A stretch of DNA of 27,408 nucleotides from Geosiphon pyriformis uo1 (GCA_016748015.1 JAAOMT010000666.1:1-27408); one strand, 5' to 3'; positions 10,205-22,560 are shown, counted from the first letter of the stretch. The notes: generated by a model from the letters alone, not told the origin. Numbers and translations: made by a program.

Positions 10205-12534
10205 TCACAAGTCCTCGAATAACACCTGTTTCACAAGCTCATATTTTATGCGATCTCGATAGATATCCATTTCTTGACCGTCAAAGTCGAACTGGGATTC
10301 CCGATGGGCGCTTATGTAATCTGCAAATAGCAATGTATATACTCCACAGTCGTAAGCGTTTGGTTGCTGCGGTACAACTTGAGTAGGAACTCTGATATTC
10401 CACATACTCTGATCGAAATCTTTATTTCTATTGATTCGATATTCTTTTATGAAATCCAAAAGATTCTGGTTGAATTTTAAAGGAAACCGCTTTTAAGATA
10501 AGCAGCAATCGTATGTCGAGATTTTGTAAGTTCATTGAACTTACCGGACCAATTTTTCGGGTCCCGCAACCAAATTGCGTGCCAGAATTATATACTGTTA
10601 TGCTCATTTCTGTTATGTTGGCCACCGCACAAACCCAGTGATTTGCCAGGTGAACTGGCACAATGAGCATGTTGAGATCGAATAACTCAGGCACCTTGTA
10701 GAAAAATACACGGTTTGTTAAATTTGAAAGAGCTAGATTACCCAAATTTAATAGAGAAATCTTACTCCGTTGTTCTTGAGCCATTTTTCAAGCTTCTTAT
10801 ATCCTCCTTTAGCTTTTTGGGTCACCAATTCATAGAAATATGTGTGCGACATGAAGATATTTAATTGAGAAACATCTCCAGCCGCTCGCCTTGCGATAAC
10901 TCGCCCATTCAGCAACTTTGCATACATGCTTATCACCTAGATAGATATGATATATTAAAAACACTCTAAGATTTACAAAAACTGGTAGAAGTCCTTACCT
11001 CGCCATTGAGATAACGGCCAGGCTTCAATGTATCCAAATCATTGGCCGAAATCTCTGTCCTTCCATTCTTCGCTACAGACTTGTTTGCTTTCTTAGCATC
11101 AGCGATGATCTGCCTAATCTGCAGTTAGAAATATGACAAGATGTAAAATATTCATTTCTCAATTCAAAAATACTATCCTAACAGTTCACACCTCTGCATC
11201 CTGCTCGTCAGTTAATGGACGATTGAACTTAGTTTTTACTTCAGCTCCTTCTATATTAACAGAGTGCCCTTCGTCCCCTGGAAAATCGGGAATTAACGAC
11301 TTGTTGGTACCTTCGTTATTTTCTTCAACCGAATAAATATCCTCGGCTGCTTTTATCTTTTGCGTAAACAAGTGTTAAAAGAGAAAAAGAACGCGGTTAC
11401 TGAGATATAAAGCTTACCGGTTTGAAATGCGTAAGGTCAGGATGCAATTCTACTTGTTCAAAAGTTAACGGCGGAGGGGTTTCAGGAATTGGAGAGTTTG
11501 GTTTTCTTCCAGGCGATGGTTGAATTATTTGAAAGTTACGCAATCCAAGAGTATAATGACGATTAAATAATAGTTCTTTTATCTTATCATTCCTGGGAGT
11601 TGGTGTATATGGCGATTTAATAAGACTCGACTCCTCTGAAAGGGAAATCGCAAATTCCGCATTTTCTTTTCTTTTGTGTATAAATCTAGGTGTTGGCCCA
11701 CTTGAAAGAATCTGAGAGATCGATGATGGTACATTCTCTCGAGAAAATGAAGAGCGAACATGAAAAGGAGTAAATTTCGATTTTTGCATTGGAGTATGAG
11801 CCATCAGTTTTTCATTAGATTTTATTGTTTTCGCTTTTGAAAGGGCTCCAGCGAAAGGAGTTCGACCAGCATTCAGTTTCCGGCTAGAAGTCGTTACAGT
11901 ATTGAAAGCTACACCCTTTCGTCTTTTTTCAATCGAAAAACTTTGGCCTTGATCAATTGAATTTATCTTCAATTTATTAAAATCTAGTGTAATTTCTTTA
12001 AAAATTATGAAGAGAATTAACGATGATTCCAATTCATTCGGCTTACAGCAATAATATATACCAGATGGATGGCTCCTATCATTTCGAATCTGTTCCTTTA
12101 TCACTTCTAGGCCATGTTGCTGAGTTTGGTGCGAAATTGCTTTCGAAAGATGATGGCAAAAATTTAGAACCAAATCAAGATATGATTTAAATTTGATAAA
12201 GAAAAAACCTAGTGTTTTGCTCCGAATTTGATTCTTGCCAATGAGTGTTGGGAGGATACGAGTATTTTCCTTTGCCTTTATCAATGCCTGATTAATAATC
12301 TCAACGATATCAGATTCCATAGCTGAATTGGAAAAATTTGAATGATCAAGAAGTTTTAGAGCTTACACGCTGTTTCACAATACTCATCGGCCTTCGCTTT
12401 AAAATAGCTCCATGATTATCTATGCGTCCTGAAGTTTCACGACCATTTGTTAAGTGTCTTTTTATTTCTTTGTCGCCACGATATTGATTTCCTATTCCAT
12501 CGTCAAATCGGGGCAGTCTGCTTGCGCGGATCAT
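10205..12534 (-). CDS. Ulp1/SENP-family (peptidase C48) SUMO/Ubl protease-like protein, multi-exon, with long disordered N-terminus
   Basis: The spliced C-terminal domain reads DLDTLKPGRYLNGEVISMYAKLL...SHTYFY...LIVPVHLANHWVCAV...PQQPNAYDCGVY...FDF...MDIYRDRIKYEL. Catalytic His is at 10640-10638 and Cys at 10348-10346. Probable first intron 12366-12288. The N-terminal exon structure is less certain. Confidence 0.85.
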
Positions 12535-13027
12535 GTTTTCAATGCAAGGACAATTAATCTTTTTGTTCTAAGTTTGGATATTTTCGTTGAATTAATTTTT
12601 ACAATGATATACAAAGAGAGTCAATGCTGCCGGAATTTCTAATGTATGAAATAAAGAGGCTTATATAGCGGATACAAAGCCCTTAAAAAGCGTTAAAAAC
12701 TATGCAGAATTCAATATTTTTTGAGCGGTGAAATGGATTAGAACACTAAGAATTCACTGATCTTTATTTATGTCATCATTATATCAGCTGATAATATGAG
12801 GATTCATGACCAATAATCTGGGGATCATGCAAAAGAACTGAGGTCATTTCATTTTTGCAAAAAATTTTGTCAATCTTTTCATGGAATATGATTCTTGAAT
12901 TACGTTTATTTTAAAACACCCTGTATCTCAGAGTCAAAGTGATATGAGTGATAAGTCTCAATAATCGGGATCAGCTAATGTTGCGCTGTCTATCCTTTTG
13001 AAACATTTAATAACCTGTTGTCAAGTC

Positions 13028-13966
13028 ATGTCAGCACCACTTCTGCCAGTAGATATTTTACAAGAAATTGTCGAACAACTTGTTGATGACAAGAAGACAC
13101 TATATATTTGCCTTTTTGTCAGCCGATTATGGTGCCGCATTATTATACCAGTTTTATGGCGTCGTCCATTTCATTTATTACACATCAGTAATGTGACCTC
13201 TCCCTTCAAATTTCGACAATTGTTGACTGTATGCTTTTGGACTCTTTTAAATCCACATGAAAACACACCAATAGCAGCAAAAACTTTTGCCATACCTGAA
13301 AGGCGTGGGGGCTTGACCTTTAATTATATTCAAGTCATTCAAGAGTTGCAACCCCATCATGTATATTTGGCAGTAAAGAAGTTATTTAATAATTACCGTA
13401 TTAGTTTTGGTATCATGAACGAGCTTTTGAAATCTACAAAAGAGGTTTCAGCGTTAACAGTCACCTCGCTCAACCCATCGGTTTTGCCAATTACAATGAT
13501 TGGAGAGTTTTTCGGACAAATAATTAACACCTGTCAAAATTTACGAAAGTTGACAATTGAGGGGATGGGAAATTCTCAAATCCCTAATTTTTCACAACCT
13601 TACTTACGAGGAATTGTATGCCTAATCAATAAGCAAGTTTATCTTGAAGAGCTCATCTTTTCCAATTGTCAATTCAACTTAATCTTTCCATTATCTGCTT
13701 TCAAGGATAGGCCTTATACACTAGAGCGAATTCATTTTCGCTCTTGTATTCTTATTTCTGGGGTAATTTCACCTTTTGACGAATGGGACTTGCTGGAAAA
13801 TTTCGAGCTATCGTTTGAAGGATGCGAGCCATTTATGTCCATAATAGACACTTTCTTGGAGGGAAGAATGAAGAAAAGAATATTTGGGAAAAAACACGTG
13901 TATATTGGCAATCAAAAGTTGGGGCTTAATATTAATTATTGTCTTGGCACGGAAAACTTTCCTTAA
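13028..13966 (+). CDS. F-box protein with degenerate RNI-like LRR C-terminus, intronless, 312 aa
   Basis: ATG 13028 gives MSAPLLPVDILQEIVEQLVDDKKTLYICLFVSRLWCRIIIPVLWRRPF, a typical fungal F-box. Later LRR-like segments: CQNLRKLTI, LEELIFSNC, LERIHFRSC. Confidence 0.85.
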   Translation: MSAPLLPVDILQEIVEQLVDDKKTLYICLFVSRLWCRIIIPVLWRRPFHLLHISNVTSPFKFRQLLTVCFWTLLNPHENTPIAAKTFAIPERRGGLTFNYIQVIQELQPHHVYLAVKKLFNNYRISFGIMNELLKSTKEVSALTVTSLNPSVLPITMIGEFFGQIINTCQNLRKLTIEGMGNSQIPNFSQPYLRGIVCLINKQVYLEELIFSNCQFNLIFPLSAFKDRPYTLERIHFRSCILISGVISPFDEWDLLENFELSFEGCEPFMSIIDTFLEGRMKKRIFGKKHVYIGNQKLGLNINYCLGTENFP

Positions 13967-14870
13967 TGCAGAGAGCAAACTTAATTTGGGTTTGGAAATA
14001 AAATGGAAGATACAACAAAGCTCAGAAATATTTTTGCGCTAAATACAAGAGATAACATCTAATTAGAAGTAATGAAAGCAAAAATAAGGTTATGGAGCTG
14101 TTAACCACCACTCTGATACATTAACAGAGTTTAAACAAGTCAATCGTATAGAATTTTAGAAGTTTTGTCATGATTATTGGACAGGCTTTTTTTTTCTTTT
14201 AGTGATTATTCACAAAGCTATATTTGACAAAAGTTTCAAATATGATATTTAATTTACATTTTCTGCCTCTTCGATTAGGAAATACCACATGTCGGAAATG
14301 ATAATATCTCATTGAATTTTTTCGTTACGTTTGAAAACTGTAACCCTTTACCAGTCATTCAAACATCTCGATTATGGTGCTAAGATGAAATCAGCTCTTG
14401 AAAGCTTGAGTGGTCTATCGTTTTAAAGAGCAAGATAACTTGATATGATTCTTGGCCGGTGCTAAAAACTTTTTTTTGCTTCAAATATTCAAAATTAGGA
14501 GCAAATAATTTTCACTCTTAAAAATTACTTCTTGAAAATCAAGGTTTAATTTTCACAATCAAAAACTTTTGTAAAATGCAAATTTAATAAAATTCTAAAT
14601 TTACTAATATAAAGGTTTTCCTTTTACTTAAAAAATTCCGAGACAAAGATTCATTGACTGAAGTGTAAAAGTTTCTTATTTCGAAAAATGTATGACCAAT
14701 CTAAGTTGTTTCATTAATACGAAATAATATATAACTATAGACTTACGATTTAATTATCACGAAAATATTCCACAGACGAAATTTAAGATAGCATGGCTTT
14801 CCAAATTAATTTAAAATCACATACAACGTTTAAGGAACGGATGAAATTAGATTCTAAAATATACTGAACT

Positions 14871-17800
14871 CTACAGCCATAAGGCTTGTTTGACTTTGAA
14901 ACCGACTCTTGTCATGATTCCGGTGTTTTTAGTGGCCTCTGCCAAGCTGATAAAATAATTTATTTGTTAATTAACGTTCAAATAAAAGGGTCTCAATTAG
15001 CAGGATTCCTCGGGTCAAGCTTCGGAAAGACGTTACCTTACAATAGGTCTCTCAACAAGTTCACTTTGATTATTCCCTATATCATACAAAACTTTAATAA
15101 TCTCATCAACAACAGAATCGACGACATTTTTTGAAGTTATGTCGCTTCCTTTCAAATCAGCACTACCGCCACCATAAAATTTCGTAGCCTCGCCAGCTAA
15201 ATTGCTACGAAATGCTTTGAACGCAATAAAACGCATTTCAGTTTTGTCATGCACCTCATCTTCAGCTAAGGTGGCATTTTGAAGACTGCCAGAATTTACA
15301 CGGCTAGATTCTCCAGCGGCACGGTAGTGAATCAAAAATCCGTAGTTGTCATTAGGGCTCGTACAAGAAGGATGTAATGTGGATAGAATATATTCGCCTT
15401 CAGATTTTAAATTGGAAATTATGTTAAGCAAATTTTCAAATTATTGGCTTCTTGAAAAAACATATACTCACCTTTTTCAATCAGTGTAATTTCGCTTAAT
15501 CCAATTCTTTTGAATTGAATAACTTTTTCTAATCGGTAATGGAATGTGCATACATAAAGGGCTTTATTGGTAAGTAGAACAACTTTTTCTTCATATGCTT
15601 TACCCCTTCTGAAAAATAAATAAAACAAAATTTAATGGAAAAATTTATGGTTGTTTTCGAAAATGAGCTAGAGCAGATTTATCACCTGGCGTTAGCTTCA
15701 ACAGGTGAAAGGAATGTCCATCCATTGATTTTATCTTCGTTGTCAACGATTACAATTTCACTACTGGTTTCAACTGATAAGTTTATATTAATAATTTTTA
15801 TTTTTATATTTGAAAGGAAGGTGCGTTATTACACTTTTTTTTAGAAAAATTCAAATGACTCACTTGCAGAAGCTCTTACTTTTGCCCATCGATCGGCATC
15901 CCCGGGTTCTGACACTTCAAATCGTTGTTGAAGCTCTTGAAATACATCTGCTTTCCGATTGCCCAGAACATAATCGATTGTGGCCTTAAAATTGAAATAA
16001 ATTTAAACCCAATATTTATCCTATATCTCAAAGATCTTCACATAAGATGGTACCTAAAAGACACACCTGCCGAAGAAAATCTTTAAACGTATTTTGATAC
16101 ATGCGTGCCAAAGAATTTGAGGCATCATTCATCAATCCTTGGATATTACGTTTACCTGATAAGATTAATTCCTTTTCAGCTTTCATATAGACTTATGCGG
16201 TTTTTATTAAATGTAATAACATCTTGATTTACTTGCCAGTCCTTCCCGAAGAGAAATATTTTAAACCGGTCCAGAATTAACCAATGAATAAATTTTTTAA
16301 AAACAACAAAAAATTCAAAATTTTTACCTTGTAAAGTCCCCTTTTAAGGCACTAGTGCCAGCATATTCACGGCTGATTGAATCCCCATTATTAGCCCACA
16401 CTGTAACAAGGCACAAAAGTCTGAGTACCAGACTAAAGATTCAAAAAAAGGGAAAGAGATTCAGAAATACCATTGTTAAATGTGGTCTCGAAGTTTTGAT
16501 AATGTGAAATGCCTTTGTCCAATATATCTGCAACCCCAAGACGTAGAAGTTGTAGAGTCAAGACTTGTCTCCCAAAAGCACTCTGTTGCGAAAAATCAAA
16601 ATTTTAAAAGTTGGCAAATTCTCAATTTCATCAATCAACTGATAAATAAGAGATACCTGGACAACATTGGTACGATCTAAGCAATCTATACAATTCTAAA
16701 TTTCAAAAAACTTTAAATTTGATTTCGTAAAGTTCCAGATCAAGAAAGAGAAGTACTAACCGTACGAAAAATTCCTTTTTGCCAAAGGTTAACATGTTCT
16801 TGCCCATCTTTCCAAAAGTAGCTATAAAAAATTGATTGAAAATTATAAACCAGATATGCCAATCAAGTTAAACTTTTATGAAATAGATATTCACCCAATG
16901 ACGTTGAAATTATTGTCAAGACTTTTCACAAGTTTTCCGATATTTTCGTATTTCATCCCTTTGCATTCTTTATGAAAGTCGAACTCAATATATCTGGAAT
17001 GAATAACATGGTTAATTAAAAGCATTCGCTTATTGAGGCACAGTTAAGAAATATTTACTGCTGGTTTTCTTCAGCGAGATTGACAACAGCCTCTCTATAA
17101 GCCGAGCCCACAACAGTTTCTGGACCCGTGAGTTCAGCCAAATTTATTGAAATGATTGATCCGTATTTATCGCTAAGGTATTTGAAATGTTTCTGAAATG
17201 CCTCGGAGTTTTCAGAGTTTGTACGTTCAAGTACTGGTTTAGGCTTGAGACTGTTCCCTGATTGGGACCAAAATAAGGGAACTGTTCAAAGAGAAACGAA
17301 ATCAGAGAAAAGAGATATGAAACGAAATTATTTAAACCAAGTTTCAAAAAATATACTTGATCCTCTTATTTGAAGAAAAGAAACCATGTGAATTCTTTCA
17401 TTTATCTGAAAATTTTCAATAGACTTAAAATCATAAAAAAATTAAATGCTAAATGGTCATATGATAAATGATGGAAATTAACCGGCATTGAAATTATTTG
17501 TTCTGTTTCGACAAAGTTGGCTACTTCCCCCGATTCATTTATGCCTCGGCGTTGATACCGTAGCCCTAGATCACAAAGTTAAAATTGCAATATTGGGTAA
17601 CTTTGAAACAGACAATAAAAAAGAAAATCGGCTGACACCTGCTCGCTCACGGCTTCTGCGTGATACAAGTATAAAATCAAAAGTTTTGCCTTCTATTTTG
17701 CAGGTTTCGATTTGAACATATCCTTGCATTATTGGTAAGATCCATGCATCTAGCTGAAAACAAATTCGAAAAAAAATTGCATCAAAAGAAAATTGATGAT

Positions 17801-19771
17801 AATTTACATATTTTTCATACCTTTTGATTAATGAGAGGCAGTGACAAGTTTTCATTCCACCAAAATTTTTTGTCAACCTAAAAGAAGAAAAATTAAAAAT
17901 AACTTATTGAAAAGAAAATATGCCAATCTTAAAATTCTTCAATACCTGCTCCCAAAGTGGGAGATTTTTAGACGATTCTAGGTAGGATTCATTTTGCTGC
18001 AATGAAGTTGTCAGATCTGTTCGACAAAATAATTTACGGATTTTAATTTGGGAATTCGAAATTAGAGGGATTTAATTAATTCGAAATTTTACCATACGCA
18101 TAGGAAAAGAAAAAAGCATTTGAGCTGAAAAGGGCAGCGATCTCCCGAATTACTCGCCCTTCAATACCCTATTTATCAATGCCAAAACCGAATTATTATC
18201 CTGCCAATTTGTGAAGTTTATCCTCAATTTTGAAAAGGGAGTTTATAAGGTATTTTTTGAATAATAAACAAACTTTATCATCAATCAATGGAGTTTGCAC
18301 GGCTACGGTATCGCGTGACCCAACTACTTCATCCCAAACTACTGATAATTTTTTGGTGATTCCAGCAGCAACAGATGATGTTTCCTTTGTTATAGTTATT
18401 TCAGTTGATAGAGCGGTCGGTTTTGTATTCACAACATTTACAAATGATTCTTCTTTTTGTTTTTCCTCTTCAGCTGATACGGCGCTTGGCTTCATACTGA
18501 AATTATTTAAAGATGACATCTCTTTATTTTGGCTTTCCTGATTTAGCACAGCGCTTACTTTGGTTTCATCGCTATTTGAATCCTTGTCAGTTTGAATTTT
18601 TAATTGTTTTTCTTCATCTGATGGAGGGCTTGAATTCTTAATGGTTGTATTTAAAGATGAAATCTCCTTGTTTTGGCGTTCATTCGAGGAAGCAATTAAT
18701 TTGGTATTATCGTCACTTTTAGATGATACTTCTTTGGGCTGATGTTCGTCGTTTGATTCGGCGCTCAATCCGCCTTCAGAACTTTCAATCTCAGCTTCTT
18801 CAAGTAGTGCATCTGGATCAGAAATTAAATCTTTTTCCTTTGCAGAATTTTTTTTAGATCCAAAAGCAAAGCTGTTCTTCATTTTAGTAAATAAGGAATT
18901 GACTGGTCTTTTGCCTCCTGAAAATGGCATTGAAAAAAGCTTTGATGCCAGTCTAGAAACCTCGTTGGGATCAGCTTCAGCAATTACTTCACTCTCCCCA
19001 TCTTCAGATCCATATTGAATATGCGGTGAGATTGATCTGGGAATTTCGATTTGCTCGCCATCAAACGTAGTTGTGGTATCAATCACTTCTTCAGTTTCTT
19101 TATAGGACTGAAATTCATTAATCTACAGAAAAATTTTTAAATGTATAAATTTGCTTTATCTTTCCTCATTGAAGTGGACTTACAACTCAGCTACCTGTTG
19201 CTCCATTAAAATACAAGCACGATCAAACTCAAAGGGTAATATGGCTGTCTTTTTGATAATGAATACATCTTTCCCTTTTATTTGACCTAAAAATTTCGTT
19301 GTGGTGATTACAATGAGGTGTAATCCTAGAATAAGCAATGTTTTCAGAGAAAACTTTTAAAATTTTGACTGGTTTTTGAATGACTTCAAACATTTGCGGC
19401 TGGCCCCCTTATTCGGTTACCAGAAAATAATTTGACAAATCCAACAACGCCAAGAATATCATAATGTCGTGCTGTTGGACTAGGCTGATGCTTTGCTAAA
19501 TAATTTTTAATATTTCATGTTAAGAAAAATTGATAAATATTTCTTAATAAAGACATTTATTAATATTACATTTTTTCGCAATATTCCCATTAGCAAAGGG
19601 AATCTCTAAAATATCTTCACCAGCGATCAATACAAAACGATCAGTGTCGATCGAGAGGGTAATTTTTTCGTGAATTAGAGGTGATAATCCAATATTTGTT
19701 TTAGGGTCAGAAGCTGGCGCTGCAGTTGCAGAAATAGAGGATTGTGAGTTATTTCTTTTGGCGCCAAGCAT
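14871..19771 (-). CDS. SAC-domain phosphoinositide phosphatase, Sac2/INPP5F-like (SacI domain plus hSac2 domain), ~23 exons
   Basis: Spliced motifs: WILPIMQGYVQ, LVSRRSRERAG|LRYQRRGI, VANFVETEQI, SFLQIRGS|IPLFWSQ, FDFHKECKGMKYEN, catalytic RT|NCIDCLDRTNVVQ (CX5RT intact), WANNGDSISREYAGTSALKGDFTR|TG|KRN. The C-terminal hSac2-like region reads GWTFLSP...EEKVVLLTNKALYVCTF. Stop TAG at 14873-14871. Confidence 0.92.
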
Positions 19772-20719
19772 AATTCTGCTTTTAGTGATAATAAAATTGG
19801 AGAAATGTAAGTTGCCTGAAAGGGATGTTGAATTTTAATTTGATCTGATTTACAATAATATTAGTAACTGTTTGTGTGTGTTATTGAATTGTGTTACATT
19901 AGCTCTGAAGTTTGAGGCTGAGCTGAAATATAAAATAGGAAAGGCATAAATTTCTCCTTGCTCACATTCAAAAAAAAAAATTAATTTATACGTGTGAATT
20001 TCACCGATAAACAATTCTTCATTAGTAAACATGACAAGGATAATTCTTGATGTGGAATCTAAAATTCAGGTGACCAATTTTTAGCATGAATACGTTTTGG
20101 CATATGTTTGCAATAATCTACAACCAAAAAATAATGAGAAGCAAGGAATTGAATTTAATTTCAGGGAATTTGGAATTTTTGAACAGATATTTGTACTCAT
20201 CTATTATAAAAATTATTCTGAGAACACTGAGAAAAATTAAAAGAATTTATTTTTGCACTAATAAACCGAAAATACTTTGGGCTTATCAATTGGAGAAATT
20301 TTCATTGATCTTTGAAAAATGGAAAGATTTCATTTGAATGAAATTGCCTTATACATTTATAAGAGCGATTAAATAACTCTAGTTAATTTTTTTAGGTCTT
20401 TTTTGAATGTATTCCCAACATTTGGTTGTTGCCAAAGATCCCACCCAAATTCAAGACTGATTTTTATCTAGTGTTGAAGGACAAAAAGAACTTGAGCCAA
20501 TAGAAGTTTATTATTTGACAATATATTTTTCAATTAAAAGTTAAGAAAGCGGGAAAGGGAAAGATACAGCACTATTTGAATATATATTTATGCGAAAGTG
20601 TGATCAAATCCAAAGAAACCGCTTAAAATAATAAAATTTCTATAACTGAAATAAAAATTAAATGTTTATTCTACTCAAATTTTGGTATCTCTTCATTTTT
20701 AATTTTGGCACCCGATAGG

Positions 20720-21817
20720 TTAGATATGTGGATTACAAAAGTCTTCAAATGGGGCGATGAACTCCCATCCATCAGAAAAAATCCCAGCTACAATTTGTTT
20801 AGCAGAAACAGCATGATCAACCCTGAATAATTGTAGTGCAGCGAAAAGACTGGCATGAATATCTTCCATGGTTCCTTTTGAGTTGCCTTCAAAGTTCGCC
20901 AACGATATCCCTGTAAGCCCTCGTGGATCACGAAATTTCGCTAGTTGGGCTACCCAATAATACCCTTTAGTTGGTTTTGCGTAGTCTGCGGGTGCATTCC
21001 AATAACACTTGGTAAGGAAATATTGTCCATGCCTATTCTTTTGCTCAGCAGAAATTCGAAGAGATTCGAATCCTCTGCCTTTTCGTTGATCACTCGTCCT
21101 TATAGTACAGCAGGTTCCACATAGGATGCGTTGGGCACCATAATCACCTCTTTCAGCCGCTGCGCAATACAACTTGAAAGCTCTTTTTGTATTCTTTCTT
21201 GTCCCAAAACCGGAATCGTAGCACTCGGCCAGTGGTATCAAAGCCGGAAAATATCCAATTTCCCATGCTTTTTCGAAATATTTGAATGCTTTCTCGGGAT
21301 CACTATCTTCAGGTTGGCAAACTTCAATCCATCGAAGATAACGGGATCTGTGGTAAAGAGCCAAGTTATAAAAGCCTCTAGGACACCCAAGTTCAGCGGC
21401 TCGCTTATAATAATCCACAGCTTTTTTTATATGCTCTATGTTACGTGGTCTATTGTAAAAATTTCCAAGACGATATAATCCATAAGGATATCTCTTTTCG
21501 GCAGCCTTCTCAAAAGCGAAGAACGATTCTTTATTACTAACAATTGTTCCGATTCCATTTTGATAGAAAATGCCTAGTAAACAATAGGTTGATGGGTTGG
21601 ATTGTAGGTTTCTTAGTGATTGGAATAGTGCTGTTTCATCTTGTTTATTTTCGATTATCCAATTTCTAACATTATCTATTATTTCGCCATCTTCCTGGAA
21701 AGTATCGACGAAGCTTTGGAAGGAAACTATTAAATTGTCAACGATATTTTCGCTAGCATCTATATCCATTGGCTGAAAAGACTGGTTGTGAACATTTTCA
21801 TTAGTTCTGATCTCCAT
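20720..21817 (-). CDS. SEL1-like repeat protein, intronless, ~365 aa
   Basis: First ATG at 21817 (MEIRTNEN). SEL1 motifs LLGIFYQNGIGT, KKAVDYYKRAAELG, KAFKYFEKAWEIG and LAECYDSGFGTRKNTKRAFKLYCAAAERGD. Confidence 0.9.
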   Translation of the reverse strand: MEIRTNENVHNQSFQPMDIDASENIVDNLIVSFQSFVDTFQEDGEIIDNVRNWIIENKQDETALFQSLRNLQSNPSTYCLLGIFYQNGIGTIVSNKESFFAFEKAAEKRYPYGLYRLGNFYNRPRNIEHIKKAVDYYKRAAELGCPRGFYNLALYHRSRYLRWIEVCQPEDSDPEKAFKYFEKAWEIGYFPALIPLAECYDSGFGTRKNTKRAFKLYCAAAERGDYGAQRILCGTCCTIRTSDQRKGRGFESLRISAEQKNRHGQYFLTKCYWNAPADYAKPTKGYYWVAQLAKFRDPRGLTGISLANFEGNSKGTMEDIHASLFAALQLFRVDHAVSAKQIVAGIFSDGWEFIAPFEDFCNPHI

Positions 21818-22520
21818 AGGCAGTAGGTGCACGATGGCTGAAATAAGGATAATTAGTATATCATTCCATCGACTGTGTGCTGCAATAGAAGACAATTCGG
21901 AGCAAAGAACAAGGAAACAGAGCTTAAATTAAATTACTCGTAATTGGCTACACAAATTTATTATGTCTGCAGTTGGTTAAGTTCATACATCCAATTCGTG
22001 ACGTATTCCTGCAGGAATTTGGTCATATGATAGACTGATAAATAACGGTTTATGAAGATCATTGGCAGGATAAATTTACTCATTCAATGAAATTGCATAT
22101 ATTTTTTAATCTGAAAATTAATTAGATAAAAAAATTATTTAACTCTGAATGTTGTAAAAATATTAATTTTAAATTTTTGCATTCAAAAATTTGGTACGTT
22201 TATATTAATAGTGCAATTTACATTTTTGAAGAGTTTGGAGTTGTTTACTTAATATATTAGTTTGTAATAATAGATTCAACATGTTTAGAAAAATTTAATT
22301 AAAATAGAAAATATTTTAAAACTTATCTGATAAATTAAAATTTAAAAGAAAAATATTTTCTGTAATCCTTTTGCAATCTACTTATATAGTAAAAGTGAAG
22401 TGTGCATTTACAATAATAGACTTTTTTCTAAAACTTAGTTTAATATACATATTTACTTTGCACTAACTTTTTCTAAGTATTTATTGTTAAAGTCAAAGTG
22501 TTATTAGTATTTCCAATATG

Positions 22521-22523
<3 letters not shown>

Positions 22524-22560
<37 letters not shown>
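22524..22560. repeat. (ATT)n microsatellite, ~12 units
   Basis: tattattattattattattattattattattattatt. Confidence 0.9.

Noticed and set aside
16585-16656. U12-type intron (donor GTATCTCT)
   Set aside because: It does not match the RTATCCTT consensus and no TCCTTAAC branch point is seen.
14886-18541. Small plus-strand ORFs (14886, 15635, 16480, 17488, 18230)
   Set aside because: Antisense shadows of the Sac2-like gene with no recognisable motifs.
19850-20337. ORFs 19850-20032 and 20086-20337
   Set aside because: Short AT-rich intergenic ORFs without domain signal.
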